NCBI GenBank assembly: GCA_902566305.1
Contig: CACFIK010000007.1
Span: 1,691 to 65,690 of the forward strand
Reading direction: 5' to 3'
Length of the DNA: 64,000 nt
Source: an uncultured SAR86 cluster bacterium
GTDB lineage: Bacteria; Pseudomonadota; Gammaproteobacteria; Magnimaribacterales; AG-339-G14
Every line of letters begins with the position of its first letter. Positions within the stretch are counted from its first letter, which is position 1. Under the pieces are notes generated by a model. It searched no databases, was not told the origin of the DNA, and saw nothing but the letters and a program-made list of their open reading frames with translations. Below are positions 12,443 to 22,514 of this stretch, one piece after another. Made by a program: the position numbers and the translations under genes.

Positions 12443-14821
12443 TTAGAATTGCGTACCAATTTCAAATTGAAACTGCTCAATTTCTTCCAAAGGATCTCTG
12501 TTGAATACTTGAGAAATTGCAAATGATAAAGGACCTAATTGCGTTATCCAAGTCACGGCTAAGCCAACGGAATATCGTAGATTTTTTGTGTCGAATTTAA
12601 AACAATTTCTTTCGTAAGCTTTGCAACCGTCGCTAAATACATTTCCATAATCAAAGAAAACAGAGCTTCTTACAGATCGAGTATCTTGGCTGATAGGTAA
12701 CGGGAATATCCAGTCTACTCCGCCTTCAAGAGAGTATTGTCCGCCTATAGGTCTTCTTTCATAAAAGTAATACGGATTTGGTATTGGGTTACCATCTGAA
12801 TCAGTTACGATTTGGCCATTTGAATCAATAACGTATTCACTTGCTTCCGACCTTGGTCCTAAAGTATTTGCTCTAAAACCACGAACGGAGTTCATCCCCC
12901 CAGCATAGAAATGTTCAAAAAATGGTGGCGTAGAAGTATCTCCGTATGCTGCAAGAATTCCGATCTGATTTCTGAAAGAAAAAACCCAATCATTCCCCAT
13001 GGGAGCATAATATTTCATTCTATAAATTAGTTTTCCATAATTTAAGCTGCTGCCAGGGAGAGAGGTTTGGATACTTACAGCATGCGATTGACCGGCTGTA
13101 GGGAAAATACCTCTATTTAGGGTAACTCTAGACCATGTAGTGGTTAATTTATAAGTCTCAAATGTATCTCCTTCCTGATTAACAAAATCATTCAATTGCA
13201 AAGACGAGAAATTACCCGCATCAAGCTTAGTATTATCGTAAGAGATATTAAGATTTAATCTTTCAATTTCACTTATAGGGAACCCAAATTGAGCTCCTAA
13301 ACCGTAAGAATCTGTTGAGTAAGAAGCAAGATTGTAAGAACCAAAGTCAGATGATCGGTAAAATGCGTTATACCCAAGGCTTACTGCATCAATGGTGTAG
13401 TAAGGATCAAAAAAATTGAAGTTATAGCTGGTTTGCCAGGCATTCTTATTGATTCCTACCACTAATCTGTTACCAGTTCCAAAAGCATTATTTTCGGAAT
13501 AATTTGCACCCAGAGTGAGTCCCCATGCACCATATCCAATTGATCCTCCAATGGAACCAGAAAATTCTTCCTCTACGGTGTACTCAATGTCCACTTGATC
13601 ACTTACACCAGGCACCGGCTTGGTTTCAACCTCAACTTGTTTAAAAAAACCTAACCTTTCTAAACGCAATTTAGAATTTTCAATTAAAGCATTAGATGCC
13701 CAAGCTCCTTCCATTTGTCTCATCTCTCGCCTGAGCACAACATCATAGGTCCTTTCGTTTCCAATAAATTCTATTCTTCTGACATAGGTTCTTTGGCCAG
13801 GCTCGACAAAAAAAGTAAGATTTACCGCTTGTTCATCTTCTAAGATTTCAGGAACTCCTGAGACTTCTGCAAAGGCGTAACCTTCATTCCCAAGTGTATT
13901 GGTAATAAATTCTTCGGATGCTGTTACGAGCTCCTGAGAGAATACTGTATCTGGCTTTACGAAAATTAAGTTTCTTAGATTATCTTTTGATAAAGGAAGA
14001 TCTCCAGCTAATTTAGTCTCTTTAACTTTATAAACTCCTCCCTCTCTTACTCCTATGGTTATAAAAACCGATTTTTTATCTGGAGATACGCTAACAACTC
14101 TAGAGTCAACTGAGAACTTTACATATCCTCGATTTTTGTAAAAAGACTCTAGCGTCTCGAGATCACCTCTCAACTTTTCTTGAGCATATTTATTGTCATT
14201 CGTGATAAAAGATAACCAATTACCCTTGCTCAATTCAAAACCTCTCAAAAGTTCTTCATCCGTAAACGTCTGATTACCGACTATATTTATATCTTTAATT
14301 TGAGCCACTTCGCCCTCATCAACTTCGATTAAGATTGCAACTCTGTTTCTTGGCAGATTATTACTTTCCACTTTAACTTTTGCGCCGTATCTACCTTGAG
14401 CTACGTATTGTCTTTCTAGCTCTACACTTAACCCTTCTACAATTGATCTTCTATAAAGTTGGCCCTCGTATAGATCAGAGTTTCTTAGTCCTTCAAGTAA
14501 TGCATCAGTTTTTATTGCTTTGTTACCTTGAATATCTATAGATGCAATGGAAGGCCTTTCAACCAAGTTAATTAGTAAGGCTCCTCCATCCCTTCCGATT
14601 TCTATATCGTCGAATTTACCAGTATTAAAAATTGACTTTGCAACAAGTTGAATTTCTCTTTGATCTATTTCATCACCCACAGATACTGGCATCGAAGCAA
14701 AGACTGATCCTGCTGAAACTCTCTGAAGGCCAGTAACTCTTATGTCTTCAATTACCCAGGAATTTGCAAAAGTGCCAACAGAATATAAAAATAGAAAAAA
14801 GGATAATAATTTTCTCATCAA
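12443..14821 (-). CDS. bamA: outer membrane protein assembly factor BamA
   Basis: 792 aa. Signal peptide, POTRA repeats (IEDIRVTGLQRV...), and a C-terminal beta-barrel ending in F. Confidence 0.95.
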   Translation of the reverse strand: MMRKLLSFFLFLYSVGTFANSWVIEDIRVTGLQRVSAGSVFASMPVSVGDEIDQREIQLVAKSIFNTGKFDDIEIGRDGGALLINLVERPSIASIDIQGNKAIKTDALLEGLRNSDLYEGQLYRRSIVEGLSVELERQYVAQGRYGAKVKVESNNLPRNRVAILIEVDEGEVAQIKDINIVGNQTFTDEELLRGFELSKGNWLSFITNDNKYAQEKLRGDLETLESFYKNRGYVKFSVDSRVVSVSPDKKSVFITIGVREGGVYKVKETKLAGDLPLSKDNLRNLIFVKPDTVFSQELVTASEEFITNTLGNEGYAFAEVSGVPEILEDEQAVNLTFFVEPGQRTYVRRIEFIGNERTYDVVLRREMRQMEGAWASNALIENSKLRLERLGFFKQVEVETKPVPGVSDQVDIEYTVEEEFSGSIGGSIGYGAWGLTLGANYSENNAFGTGNRLVVGINKNAWQTSYNFNFFDPYYTIDAVSLGYNAFYRSSDFGSYNLASYSTDSYGLGAQFGFPISEIERLNLNISYDNTKLDAGNFSSLQLNDFVNQEGDTFETYKLTTTWSRVTLNRGIFPTAGQSHAVSIQTSLPGSSLNYGKLIYRMKYYAPMGNDWVFSFRNQIGILAAYGDTSTPPFFEHFYAGGMNSVRGFRANTLGPRSEASEYVIDSNGQIVTDSDGNPIPNPYYFYERRPIGGQYSLEGGVDWIFPLPISQDTRSVRSSVFFDYGNVFSDGCKAYERNCFKFDTKNLRYSVGLAVTWITQLGPLSFAISQVFNRDPLEEIEQFQFEIGTQF

Positions 14822-16149
14822 AAAATCCTAGAAAGGTCATTAAAAAAGGTAAAGATCATAAGACATACAATAAATGCAATGCCTAGCCTATACGATATTC
14901 CTACAAAGTTTTCAGAAAGAGGTGAACCTTTTATTTTTTCTAAAGTCATCATCACGGCTTGGCCACCATCCAGAACCGGAATAGGTAATAGATTGATGAT
15001 ACCCAATCCGATGCTGATAAGAGCCATCAACATTAAGAAGGAAAAAAGACCCCCATATTTAATTGAATCTCCTGCATATTGACCAATCATAACCGGACCA
15101 CCTAGATTTCTGGGCGAAATCAAGCCTTGTACCATCTTTTTTAGAAAAATTAATGATTCTACAGATTTGGAATAGGTATCCTTAAAGGCTTTAACTGAAC
15201 CTTCAAGAAGACCGTACCTTTTTTTTATAATCGAAGATGGAAGAATCTTCAAATTTGCTGCAATTCCAATTAACCATGCAGGTTCAGGAGATTCTCTATA
15301 TTCAGGCTGAACAAGATAATCAAAGTTGGAATTATTTCTTGAAATACTTACCAAAATTTCTTTTCCTTCAGATGAATTGATAAAAAATTTAAGATCTTCC
15401 CAAGATTGTATTTCATTGAAATCGATAGCATTAATTTTATCGCCTATCATTAGTCCAGAATTTTCAGCTGGACCGTTTTCTGTCATTTGAGCAATGATTA
15501 TTTCCGAAGGTAGATACATTCCTAGATCTCTCATTAGGTCATTTGGTTCTTGTCCCTTTAGCCACTCAGATATATATATCTGGTGCGAAGAAGTGGCGCC
15601 TCGAAAATCTTCAGTTTCAATATTTATAATGCCAGTTTCCCCGAGCCGTCTTAACAAGGCAGATTGAACCTCCACTCTGGTTTCAACAAAAGATTCATCA
15701 ATACGTTTTATCTTGGTTCCTGATTCTATTCCAGCGTTATAAGCAGGACTGTCTTTTTTAACCTGCCCGATGTCGGAGGATATTTCTTGAATTCCATAAA
15801 GGTTCAAACCGGCAAAGATCATGAAAGCTAAAATAAAATTAGCCATAGGACCAGCGAGAACTATGAATAATCTCTGATGATATGGTTTTGATTGAAAAGA
15901 ATCTTTTTCAGCGGAGTTCTCACCCTCCCCTAGCATTTGTACGAATCCTCCGATTGGTAAAATTCTTATGTTGTAATTTGTCTGATGCTTGTCCTGTTTC
16001 TGTAAGATTGATGGTCCCATACCTATTGAGAAATCTAAAACTTTTACTCTGCAAATTCTTGCAGCAAAAAAATGGCCAGACTCATGAACAATGGTTATTA
16101 CCGAAATCAGTACAACAAAGGCTATTAAGTAAGTTAGAACGGCTGTCAT
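14818..16149 (-). CDS. rseP: RIP zinc metalloprotease RseP
   Basis: HESGHF (HExxH) in the first TM segment, PDZ region, and C-terminal LPIPVLDGG motif. Confidence 0.92.
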   Translation of the reverse strand: MTAVLTYLIAFVVLISVITIVHESGHFFAARICRVKVLDFSIGMGPSILQKQDKHQTNYNIRILPIGGFVQMLGEGENSAEKDSFQSKPYHQRLFIVLAGPMANFILAFMIFAGLNLYGIQEISSDIGQVKKDSPAYNAGIESGTKIKRIDESFVETRVEVQSALLRRLGETGIINIETEDFRGATSSHQIYISEWLKGQEPNDLMRDLGMYLPSEIIIAQMTENGPAENSGLMIGDKINAIDFNEIQSWEDLKFFINSSEGKEILVSISRNNSNFDYLVQPEYRESPEPAWLIGIAANLKILPSSIIKKRYGLLEGSVKAFKDTYSKSVESLIFLKKMVQGLISPRNLGGPVMIGQYAGDSIKYGGLFSFLMLMALISIGLGIINLLPIPVLDGGQAVMMTLEKIKGSPLSENFVGISYRLGIAFIVCLMIFTFFNDLSRIF

Positions 16150-16151
16150 GA

Positions 16152-17315
16152 TTAGAAAGTATATCTCTCTGCATAAACTTTAGCCTGTTTTTTAGATAAG
16201 GCTTCTAAATGCAAGATTTCGTCAACAGTATCAAATTTTATATTTATGTCTAGATTATCTTTCGCATCAAACGCATGACTAATCAATTGAAAGATATCCA
16301 AGTAATTTATTTTTTCTTGCAAGAAAAGATCAACCGCGACTTCATTAAATGAATTTAGAATTAAGGGAAGGTTCCCTCCTAAAGATAAAGCTTTTTTTGC
16401 GTAATCTAAAGTTGGAAATTTTTTATGGTCAGGCTCAAAAAAATTTAAAGAAAGATCAGAAAAAGATAGTCTTTCTATTCCAGATTCAAGCCTCTTAGGA
16501 AATCCTAATCCATACGATATTGAGGCTTTCATATCGGGTGCTGATAAATTAGAAAGTATTGAGCCATCCTTAAACTCAACCATTGAGTGAACAATGTGTT
16601 GGGGGTGAATCACAACGTCTATTTTATTAGCATCTACCCCAAATAAAACCGATGCCTCTATGATCTCTAAAGATTTATTCATCAAGGTTGAAGAATCAAT
16701 TGATATTTTTTCTCCCATTTTCCAAATAGGATGATTCAATGCATCTTGGACAGTTATCTTTTCAAAAGATTCAATTTTTTTATCCCAAAATGGACCACCT
16801 GAGCAACATAATATGATTTTATTTACATCATCTTTAGAAGAACCTTGAAGGCATTGGAAAATAGCAGAATGCTCAGAATCGAGAGGTATTATTTCTGATT
16901 GATATTTTTTAGCCTCATTCAATAAGAATTCGCCGCACATTACCAGCGGCTCTTTATTAGCGATCAATACTCTTTTGCCAGTTTTTATGGCCTCATGAGT
17001 TGCTTCAAGGCCAATTGCACCTGAAATTCCAACAACTACGATGTCTGCATCCATATCTCTAATCATTTCACTTTGGCCATCAGAGCCTCTATAAATTTTT
17101 ATGTCTGAGTTCTTTTCAATATCAGTTTCTGAGGTAGAGCCCTCCTGTATGCAAATATTTTTAACTGAATATTTATTTGCCTGCTCGTGCAAAGCTTGAA
17201 AATTTTTATTTGCGCTCAAGCCGATACACTTAAAATTCTCTTTATGAAGATCCAGCACTTCAAGCGTACTTTTTCCTATAGACCCAGTTGATCCCAGAAC
17301 AAGCACTGTCTTCAT
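16152..17315 (-). CDS. dxr: 1-deoxy-D-xylulose 5-phosphate reductoisomerase
   Basis: N-terminal LGSTGSIG NADPH-binding motif; LANKE and PLDSEHSAIFQCL motifs. Confidence 0.95.
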   Translation of the reverse strand: MKTVLVLGSTGSIGKSTLEVLDLHKENFKCIGLSANKNFQALHEQANKYSVKNICIQEGSTSETDIEKNSDIKIYRGSDGQSEMIRDMDADIVVVGISGAIGLEATHEAIKTGKRVLIANKEPLVMCGEFLLNEAKKYQSEIIPLDSEHSAIFQCLQGSSKDDVNKIILCCSGGPFWDKKIESFEKITVQDALNHPIWKMGEKISIDSSTLMNKSLEIIEASVLFGVDANKIDVVIHPQHIVHSMVEFKDGSILSNLSAPDMKASISYGLGFPKRLESGIERLSFSDLSLNFFEPDHKKFPTLDYAKKALSLGGNLPLILNSFNEVAVDLFLQEKINYLDIFQLISHAFDAKDNLDINIKFDTVDEILHLEALSKKQAKVYAERYTF

Positions 17316-17935
17316 AGAAGAACCTCATATAAAACAAAAAATACTGGAATACATAGGATGTGACTATCAATCCGATCTAACAGTCCACCATGTCCAGGTA
17401 TAAGGCTACCTGTATCTTTTAAATTAGCTTGTCTTTTTATGGAGCTTATTAACAGGTCACCAAACACAGCTGCTACTGCACAAATAAAGATCATAAGAGT
17501 AAGCATGATTACATCTAAAGTTTTTAATGAGTTTTGAAAAATCAAATTTATCATCAGAGAATTGATCACAACTGATGAAACTACTCCCCCGATCGTTCCC
17601 TCTAAAGTTTTATTGGGACTTATAATAGGGAATATTTTATTTCTGCCTAAAACTTTACCTGCAAAGAATGCAAATGCATCGGTTGCAACTGAAATCATAA
17701 CCGCTATCAAGATCAAGGATCGCTCCAGCTCGTATAAATATAAACATAAGATTGCGGTTACTATAAGAATAAAAGCTAAAAGAGATTGAAGAGAGAAAAC
17801 TCTCAACTTGATAAGCTCATAGATTGAAATGCCAAAAATAATTATCAATCCAAAGTTAAAAAAGAAGGATGGAGATAAGAGTATGTAAGCAAGAAAAAGG
17901 AATCCTAGAGCTATGCCCGATATCCATCTAATCAT
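17312..17935 (-). CDS. cdsA: phosphatidate cytidylyltransferase (short, 207 aa)
   Basis: C-terminal CdsA signature SSIKRQANLKDTGSLIPGHGGLLDRIDS. Polytopic membrane protein. Confidence 0.85.
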   Translation of the reverse strand: MIRWISGIALGFLFLAYILLSPSFFFNFGLIIIFGISIYELIKLRVFSLQSLLAFILIVTAILCLYLYELERSLILIAVMISVATDAFAFFAGKVLGRNKIFPIISPNKTLEGTIGGVVSSVVINSLMINLIFQNSLKTLDVIMLTLMIFICAVAAVFGDLLISSIKRQANLKDTGSLIPGHGGLLDRIDSHILCIPVFFVLYEVLL

Positions 17936-17937
17936 TA

Positions 17938-18642
17938 TTATTCCTTTCCAAATCGTCTATCTCTTGTAGAGAATTTATTTAATGCAGATTTAAAATTAGA
18001 TAATTTAAAATCAGGCCATAGTAATTTTGAGAAGTACAACTCCGAATATGATATCTGCCAAAGAAAGAAGTTACTTATACGAATTTCGTCTCCTGTTCTT
18101 ATCAATAAATCTGGATCCGGAAAATCAGAAGTCGATAGAAGATTAGAGAAGTCATCTTCACTTAATTTGTCTGTATTTATTTTATGATCTTTGATTCTCT
18201 TTATAGCATTCAGAATATCCCATCTACCACCGTAACTTATGGCAACATTAAGATTAAGGTTTGGTTTCTTGGCTTGAGTATCCTTCATGGCAGAATTAAT
18301 TTGGGATACAAGAGATTTAGAGAAACGAGGGATGTCACCAATAAAATTTAGCTGAACCTTGTTTTCAATTAATTCTGGAACTTCTTTAATTATTGATTGA
18401 AGAAAGAGTTTCATTAAATCTGAAACGTCTGAAGCAGATCTTTTCCAATTTTCTGTGCTAAAAGCAAATACAGATAAATGGGTTATTTCAGATTTTGCAG
18501 AATATTTAACAATATCTCTTAATCGATTTACTCCCTGCTTATGACCTTCAATTGTCTTTAGATTCCGTTGCCTTGCCCATCGTGAGTTTCCATCCATTAT
18601 TATGGCCACATGACCAATCTTATTGGATGAATTGCTCGTCAT
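17938..18642 (-). CDS. uppS: ditrans,polycis-undecaprenyl-diphosphate synthase
   Basis: HVAIIMDGNSRWA and RTGDEIRISNFFLWQISYSELYF motifs. Confidence 0.95.
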   Translation of the reverse strand: MTSNSSNKIGHVAIIMDGNSRWARQRNLKTIEGHKQGVNRLRDIVKYSAKSEITHLSVFAFSTENWKRSASDVSDLMKLFLQSIIKEVPELIENKVQLNFIGDIPRFSKSLVSQINSAMKDTQAKKPNLNLNVAISYGGRWDILNAIKRIKDHKINTDKLSEDDFSNLLSTSDFPDPDLLIRTGDEIRISNFFLWQISYSELYFSKLLWPDFKLSNFKSALNKFSTRDRRFGKE

Positions 18643-18647
18643 AGAAA

Positions 18648-19205
18648 CTAAATTTCAAGTAAGTCTTTCTCTTTTAATTCAAGTAATTGCTCAACCTTGG
18701 AAATAAAATCGTCAGTAAGATTCTGAATAATTTCTTGACCCCGCCTTTCATCATCTTCACTAATTTCTTTTTCTTTAAGATATTCTTTGAGCAGCCCGTT
18801 GGCGTCTCTTCTCTGATTCCTTAAAGCGATTTTTGAATTTTCTGCTTCTGATTTTGCTACTTTAATTAGATCTCTTCTGGTTTCCTCAGTTAAATCTGGA
18901 AGAATGACTCTAATGACATCACCTGAAGTAGCTGGATTGATACCTAAGTCAGATGACTGAATTGCTTTCTCTATGTCAGGTACTAAGTTTTTTTCCCAAG
19001 GAGAAATCAACAATGTTTTTGCATCTTGAACAGAAATGTTACTTACTTGAGAAAGTGGCGTCATATTCCCATAATAATCAATTTGTATGGCGTCTAGCAG
19101 AGAAGGATTAGCCCTGCCCGTTCTTATTTTTTGTAATGAACTTTCAAGAGATGAAATGCTTTTTTCCATTCTCTCTAGAGTCTCTTGTTTTATTTCTTCT
19201 AACAT
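18648..19205 (-). CDS. frr: ribosome recycling factor
   Basis: 185 aa. RTGRANPSLLD motif. Conserved pyrH-frr order. Confidence 0.95.
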   Translation of the reverse strand: MLEEIKQETLERMEKSISSLESSLQKIRTGRANPSLLDAIQIDYYGNMTPLSQVSNISVQDAKTLLISPWEKNLVPDIEKAIQSSDLGINPATSGDVIRVILPDLTEETRRDLIKVAKSEAENSKIALRNQRRDANGLLKEYLKEKEISEDDERRGQEIIQNLTDDFISKVEQLLELKEKDLLEI

Positions 19206-19206
19206 A

Positions 19207-19917
19207 TTAATTTTTAAGTAATGTACCTATTTCTTCCCCAGATATTGCTTTTTCAAATCCGTCCTTTTCATCAGCATTGAATACTCTAACTTGTAAATTA
19301 TTATCTCTGCAAAAGCAAAGGGCAGTTTGATCCATTACTTGAAGGTTTTGATTAATTGCATCATCAAAAGTTAAGTTTTCAAATTTTTTGGCCTTTGGAT
19401 TATCTTTTGGATCCGTATCATAAACTCCATTTACGTTGGTTGCTTTTAACATAAAATCTACTTCCAGTTCATTTGCTCTTATGCTTGCAGTTGAATCCGT
19501 GGTGAAAAGGGGATTTCCTATTCCCCCAACTAAGAGGACAACTTTTTGGTTCATGAGAGCATTTAAAGCATCTTCGGTATTATAAGCTTGAACAAAGTTT
19601 CCAATAGCAAATGAAGAGAAAAGTTTATTCGAATGGCCTTTTTCTCTAAGGAAGTTTGATAAAGCTATCCCATTCATAATAGTAGATAACATTCCTATGT
19701 AGTCTGCAGACACTCTATCGATTTTTATGTCTTTGAGATCTCTTCCTCGAAAGATATTTCCTCCTCCTAAAACTATCGCTAGTTGAATTTTTTTTTGTTT
19801 AGTAAAGTCTATAGCTGAAGATAATCTTTCAAACGTTTTTTCATCAAAACCTTTTTCCTTTTTCCCAGCAAACCACTCTCCACTGAGCTTTAGAAGAACG
19901 CGTTTTGCTGATGCCAT
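19207..19917 (-). CDS. pyrH: UMP kinase
   Basis: KRVLLKLSGE N-terminus, amino-acid-kinase fold, VDGVYDTDP-like NGVYDTDP motif. Confidence 0.95.
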   Translation of the reverse strand: MASAKRVLLKLSGEWFAGKKEKGFDEKTFERLSSAIDFTKQKKIQLAIVLGGGNIFRGRDLKDIKIDRVSADYIGMLSTIMNGIALSNFLREKGHSNKLFSSFAIGNFVQAYNTEDALNALMNQKVVLLVGGIGNPLFTTDSTASIRANELEVDFMLKATNVNGVYDTDPKDNPKAKKFENLTFDDAINQNLQVMDQTALCFCRDNNLQVRVFNADEKDGFEKAISGEEIGTLLKN

Positions 19918-20760
19918 TTAAGAATTTTGGAGTTGTGCTTGGACTTCGGAAGCAAAGTCCTTTTGCTCTACTTCTATTCCCTCGCCTACTTCTATACGTG
20001 TAAATTCAACAATAGAGTTCTTGTGATCATTAAGAATATTTTCAATTGAAGTTGAAGGATCTTTAACAAAAGGCTGTTTAAGGAGACTTATTTCAGATAG
20101 AAATTTATTTAACCTGCCCTCGATCATTTTCTCAATAATTTCTTCTGGCTTATTTGTATCTTCAACCTGAGCCTTTAAAATTTGTTTTTCTTTCTCAATT
20201 GTTTCAGAGTCTACATCTTCTGGAGATAGAAATTTGGGATTGGATGCTGTGACGTGCATAGCAATATCCTTTCCTAATTCTTCATTGTCATCCTTAAGAG
20301 AGACTAAAGCACCGACTTTCCCATTACTATGGATGTATGAATACAAGTTATCTCCTCCGATAGATTCCTTTTTTCTGATAATTACATTTTCTCCAACCTT
20401 TTGAACAAGGCTTTGTCTTTCTGATTCAAGGTCATCTGATATTTCTTCTATAGATTTCGAATCATTCTCTAAACAATAATTTAAAACTTCTTGGCAAAAA
20501 GTTTTAAAGTTTTCATCTTTAGCAACGAAATCAGTCTCGCAATTAACTTCAACCATTAGATTGTTGGCTGTTAGCAATAGACCTTCAACGGCTGTTCTAG
20601 AAGCTTTTTTCTCTGCTTTTAAGTTGCTATTAATTTTTAGATATTCCACCGCCTCGTCAAGATTTCCTCCTGTTTCCTTGAGGGCAGCTTTGCATTCCAT
20701 AATTCCAAGACCAGTTTTATCTCTGAGAGATTTTACATCTGCAGCTTTGATTTCAGTCAT
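19918..20760 (-). CDS. tsf: translation elongation factor Ts
   Basis: N-terminal LRDKTGLGIMECKAAL. The start overlaps the rpsB stop (ATGA). Confidence 0.95.
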   Translation of the reverse strand: MTEIKAADVKSLRDKTGLGIMECKAALKETGGNLDEAVEYLKINSNLKAEKKASRTAVEGLLLTANNLMVEVNCETDFVAKDENFKTFCQEVLNYCLENDSKSIEEISDDLESERQSLVQKVGENVIIRKKESIGGDNLYSYIHSNGKVGALVSLKDDNEELGKDIAMHVTASNPKFLSPEDVDSETIEKEKQILKAQVEDTNKPEEIIEKMIEGRLNKFLSEISLLKQPFVKDPSTSIENILNDHKNSIVEFTRIEVGEGIEVEQKDFASEVQAQLQNS

Positions 20761-21635
20761 TCTTTTACCTCATTGGATTCTTTCTGTTCTGATACAGATT
20801 CATTTTCCTCAGAAACATTCTCGGCTGGAGATTCTTCCTTAGCTTGCTTTTTTTCCTTTGCATCTGAAGAAGTTTTGGCATCTACCTTTTCTTTCTTATC
20901 AAGATCGGATTTCTTTACAATTACTGGACCATCACCATCACCTCTAATACCCGTGGCTTTCTCAGCTCCTTCAAGGCAAGCATTTGAGACTAATCTCGCA
21001 AGTAAAGAGATTGACCTTATGGCATCATCATTTCCAGGAATAATATAATCCACTGAATCAGGATCAGAGTTTGTATCTACAAGACCAACAATAGGAATCC
21101 CCATTTTTTTAGCTTCAGCTACAGCAATTTTCTCATTCTCTACATCGACAATGAATAAAGCTTCTGGAAGTCCTCCCATATTCTTTATTCCTCCAATAGA
21201 TCTTTCCAGTTTATCCATTTCCTTTTTTAGCTTTAAAACCTCTTTTTTTGTGTATTGGTTAAACTTACCTTCTTCTTCCTGAGATACTAAAAACTCATAT
21301 CTTCTTATCGAGGCTCTAATTGTTTTATAGTTTGTCAGCATTCCTCCCAACCATCTGTGATTTACATAAGGCATACCGCACCTTTCTGCTTCTTGTCTTA
21401 TGACTTCTCTTGCTGATCTTTTTGTTCCCACAAATAGAATTCTATTATTCGAGGATGCAATTTTTTTGCAAAAGTCTAGAGATGGCTCCAAGCAATCTAA
21501 AGTCTTTTGTAAATCAATTATGTGTACCTTGTTTCTAGATCCAAAGATGAATTTCTCCATCTTAGGATTCCAAAACCTTGTTTGATGACCGAAATGGACA
21601 CCTGCTTTAAGCATCTGTTCTATGGATATTTCCAT
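20757..21635 (-). CDS. rpsB: 30S ribosomal protein S2 with a charged C-terminal extension
   Basis: MLKAGVHFGHQTRFWNPKM N-terminal region. 292 aa; the last 60 or so residues are K/E/S/D-rich low complexity. Confidence 0.97.
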   Translation of the reverse strand: MEISIEQMLKAGVHFGHQTRFWNPKMEKFIFGSRNKVHIIDLQKTLDCLEPSLDFCKKIASSNNRILFVGTKRSAREVIRQEAERCGMPYVNHRWLGGMLTNYKTIRASIRRYEFLVSQEEEGKFNQYTKKEVLKLKKEMDKLERSIGGIKNMGGLPEALFIVDVENEKIAVAEAKKMGIPIVGLVDTNSDPDSVDYIIPGNDDAIRSISLLARLVSNACLEGAEKATGIRGDGDGPVIVKKSDLDKKEKVDAKTSSDAKEKKQAKEESPAENVSEENESVSEQKESNEVKE

Positions 21636-21774
21636 ATTTAGCTCCTTTTGTTATAGGCATGACGCCGGGTTATTCTTCCTTGGATCAGATATTTAACTGC
21701 TTCGAAGCAAAGCAGCACCCAAATATTTGATTTATCCAAGTGTGTTTTTAAGCTTTCGCGAGTGTTTTATATCA
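21636..21774 (-). promoter_or_regulatory. rpsB promoter (extended -10) and structured 5' leader
   Basis: On the minus strand, TGTGATATAAA (extended -10, TATAAA = 21766..21771) is followed by an imperfect long hairpin at 21679..21740: CTTGGAT...CAAATATTT..CTGCTT-loop-AAGCAG..AAATATCTG ATCCAAG. Then AAAGGAG SD and ATG. This GC-enriched island sits in an AT-rich genome. Confidence 0.5.
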
Positions 21775-21794
21775 CAACTGAATATAAAGGAAAA

Positions 21795-22514
21795 CTAATT
21801 ATTCAATGCATCTTGAATTGAATATATTCCAGGGGATTTACGATGAATCCATTCAATTAGATTTAGAGCCCCTAAAGCAAATGCTTTTCTATCAAGTGCC
21901 TCATGCTCTAAAGATAGAATCTCGTCCTCAAGATATATATTAATTTTATGAGTGCCTACAGAAGATTCATCTCGATTAGAAATTATTTCAATTTCATCAA
22001 CATAAAATAGTTCTTTTAACTCCTTTTTTAACATCAGAGCGGTGCCTGAAGGAGTGTCAATTTTTTCATTATGATGAGTTTCTTCGATATTAATTCTTTT
22101 CAAAGGAAGATTTTTTTCAGAAACGTAATTTAATAAATTGCTCAAAAAGGCTATCCCAATACTTAAGTTAGGTGCGGCTAAAACAGGAATTGATAGACTT
22201 TTATTATTAAAAATCTCCCTGAAATCTCCTTTTCCAGTTGAAGCAACAATTAAGCTAGCACCGATTAGTTCGCATTTTTCTTTAATTTTTATTAAATCTA
22301 GCGAAGTAGAACAATCAATTACGACATCAGCATCGGTGAGATCGTTTAAGTCAGAAATGATTTGAAAGCCCTGCGATCTTAAGTTTTTATTTGAAGAGTC
22401 CTCCCTGCCACTGACTAAACCCCCTATCAAGCTTATATTTGATGCTTTTTTTACCTCATCAACAATGCTAGATCCTAGTCGTCCTGAAATACCGCATATG
22501 AATAATTTAATCAT
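21795..22514 (-). CDS. dapB: 4-hydroxy-tetrahydrodipicolinate reductase
   Basis: N-terminal GISGRLG nucleotide-binding motif and [16 protein letters not shown] catalytic motif. dnaJ-dapB order as in Pseudomonas. Confidence 0.85.
   Translation of the reverse strand: MIKLFICGISGRLGSSIVDEVKKASNISLIGGLVSGREDSSNKNLRSQGFQIISDLNDLTDADVVIDCSTSLDLIKIKEKCELIGASLIVASTGKGDFREIFNNKSLSIPVLAAPNLSIGIAFLSNLLNYVSEKNLPLKRINIEETHHNEKIDTPSGTALMLKKELKELFYVDEIEIISNRDESSVGTHKINIYLEDEILSLEHEALDRKAFALGALNLIEWIHRKSPGIYSIQDALNN

Noticed and set aside
21679-21740. The long hairpin read as a dapB intrinsic terminator
   Set aside because: On the transcribed strand it is followed by GAAGAATAACCC, not a U-tract. It lies downstream of an rpsB-type extended -10 element. 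An rpsB leader structure is the better explanation, although the two roles are not mutually exclusive.
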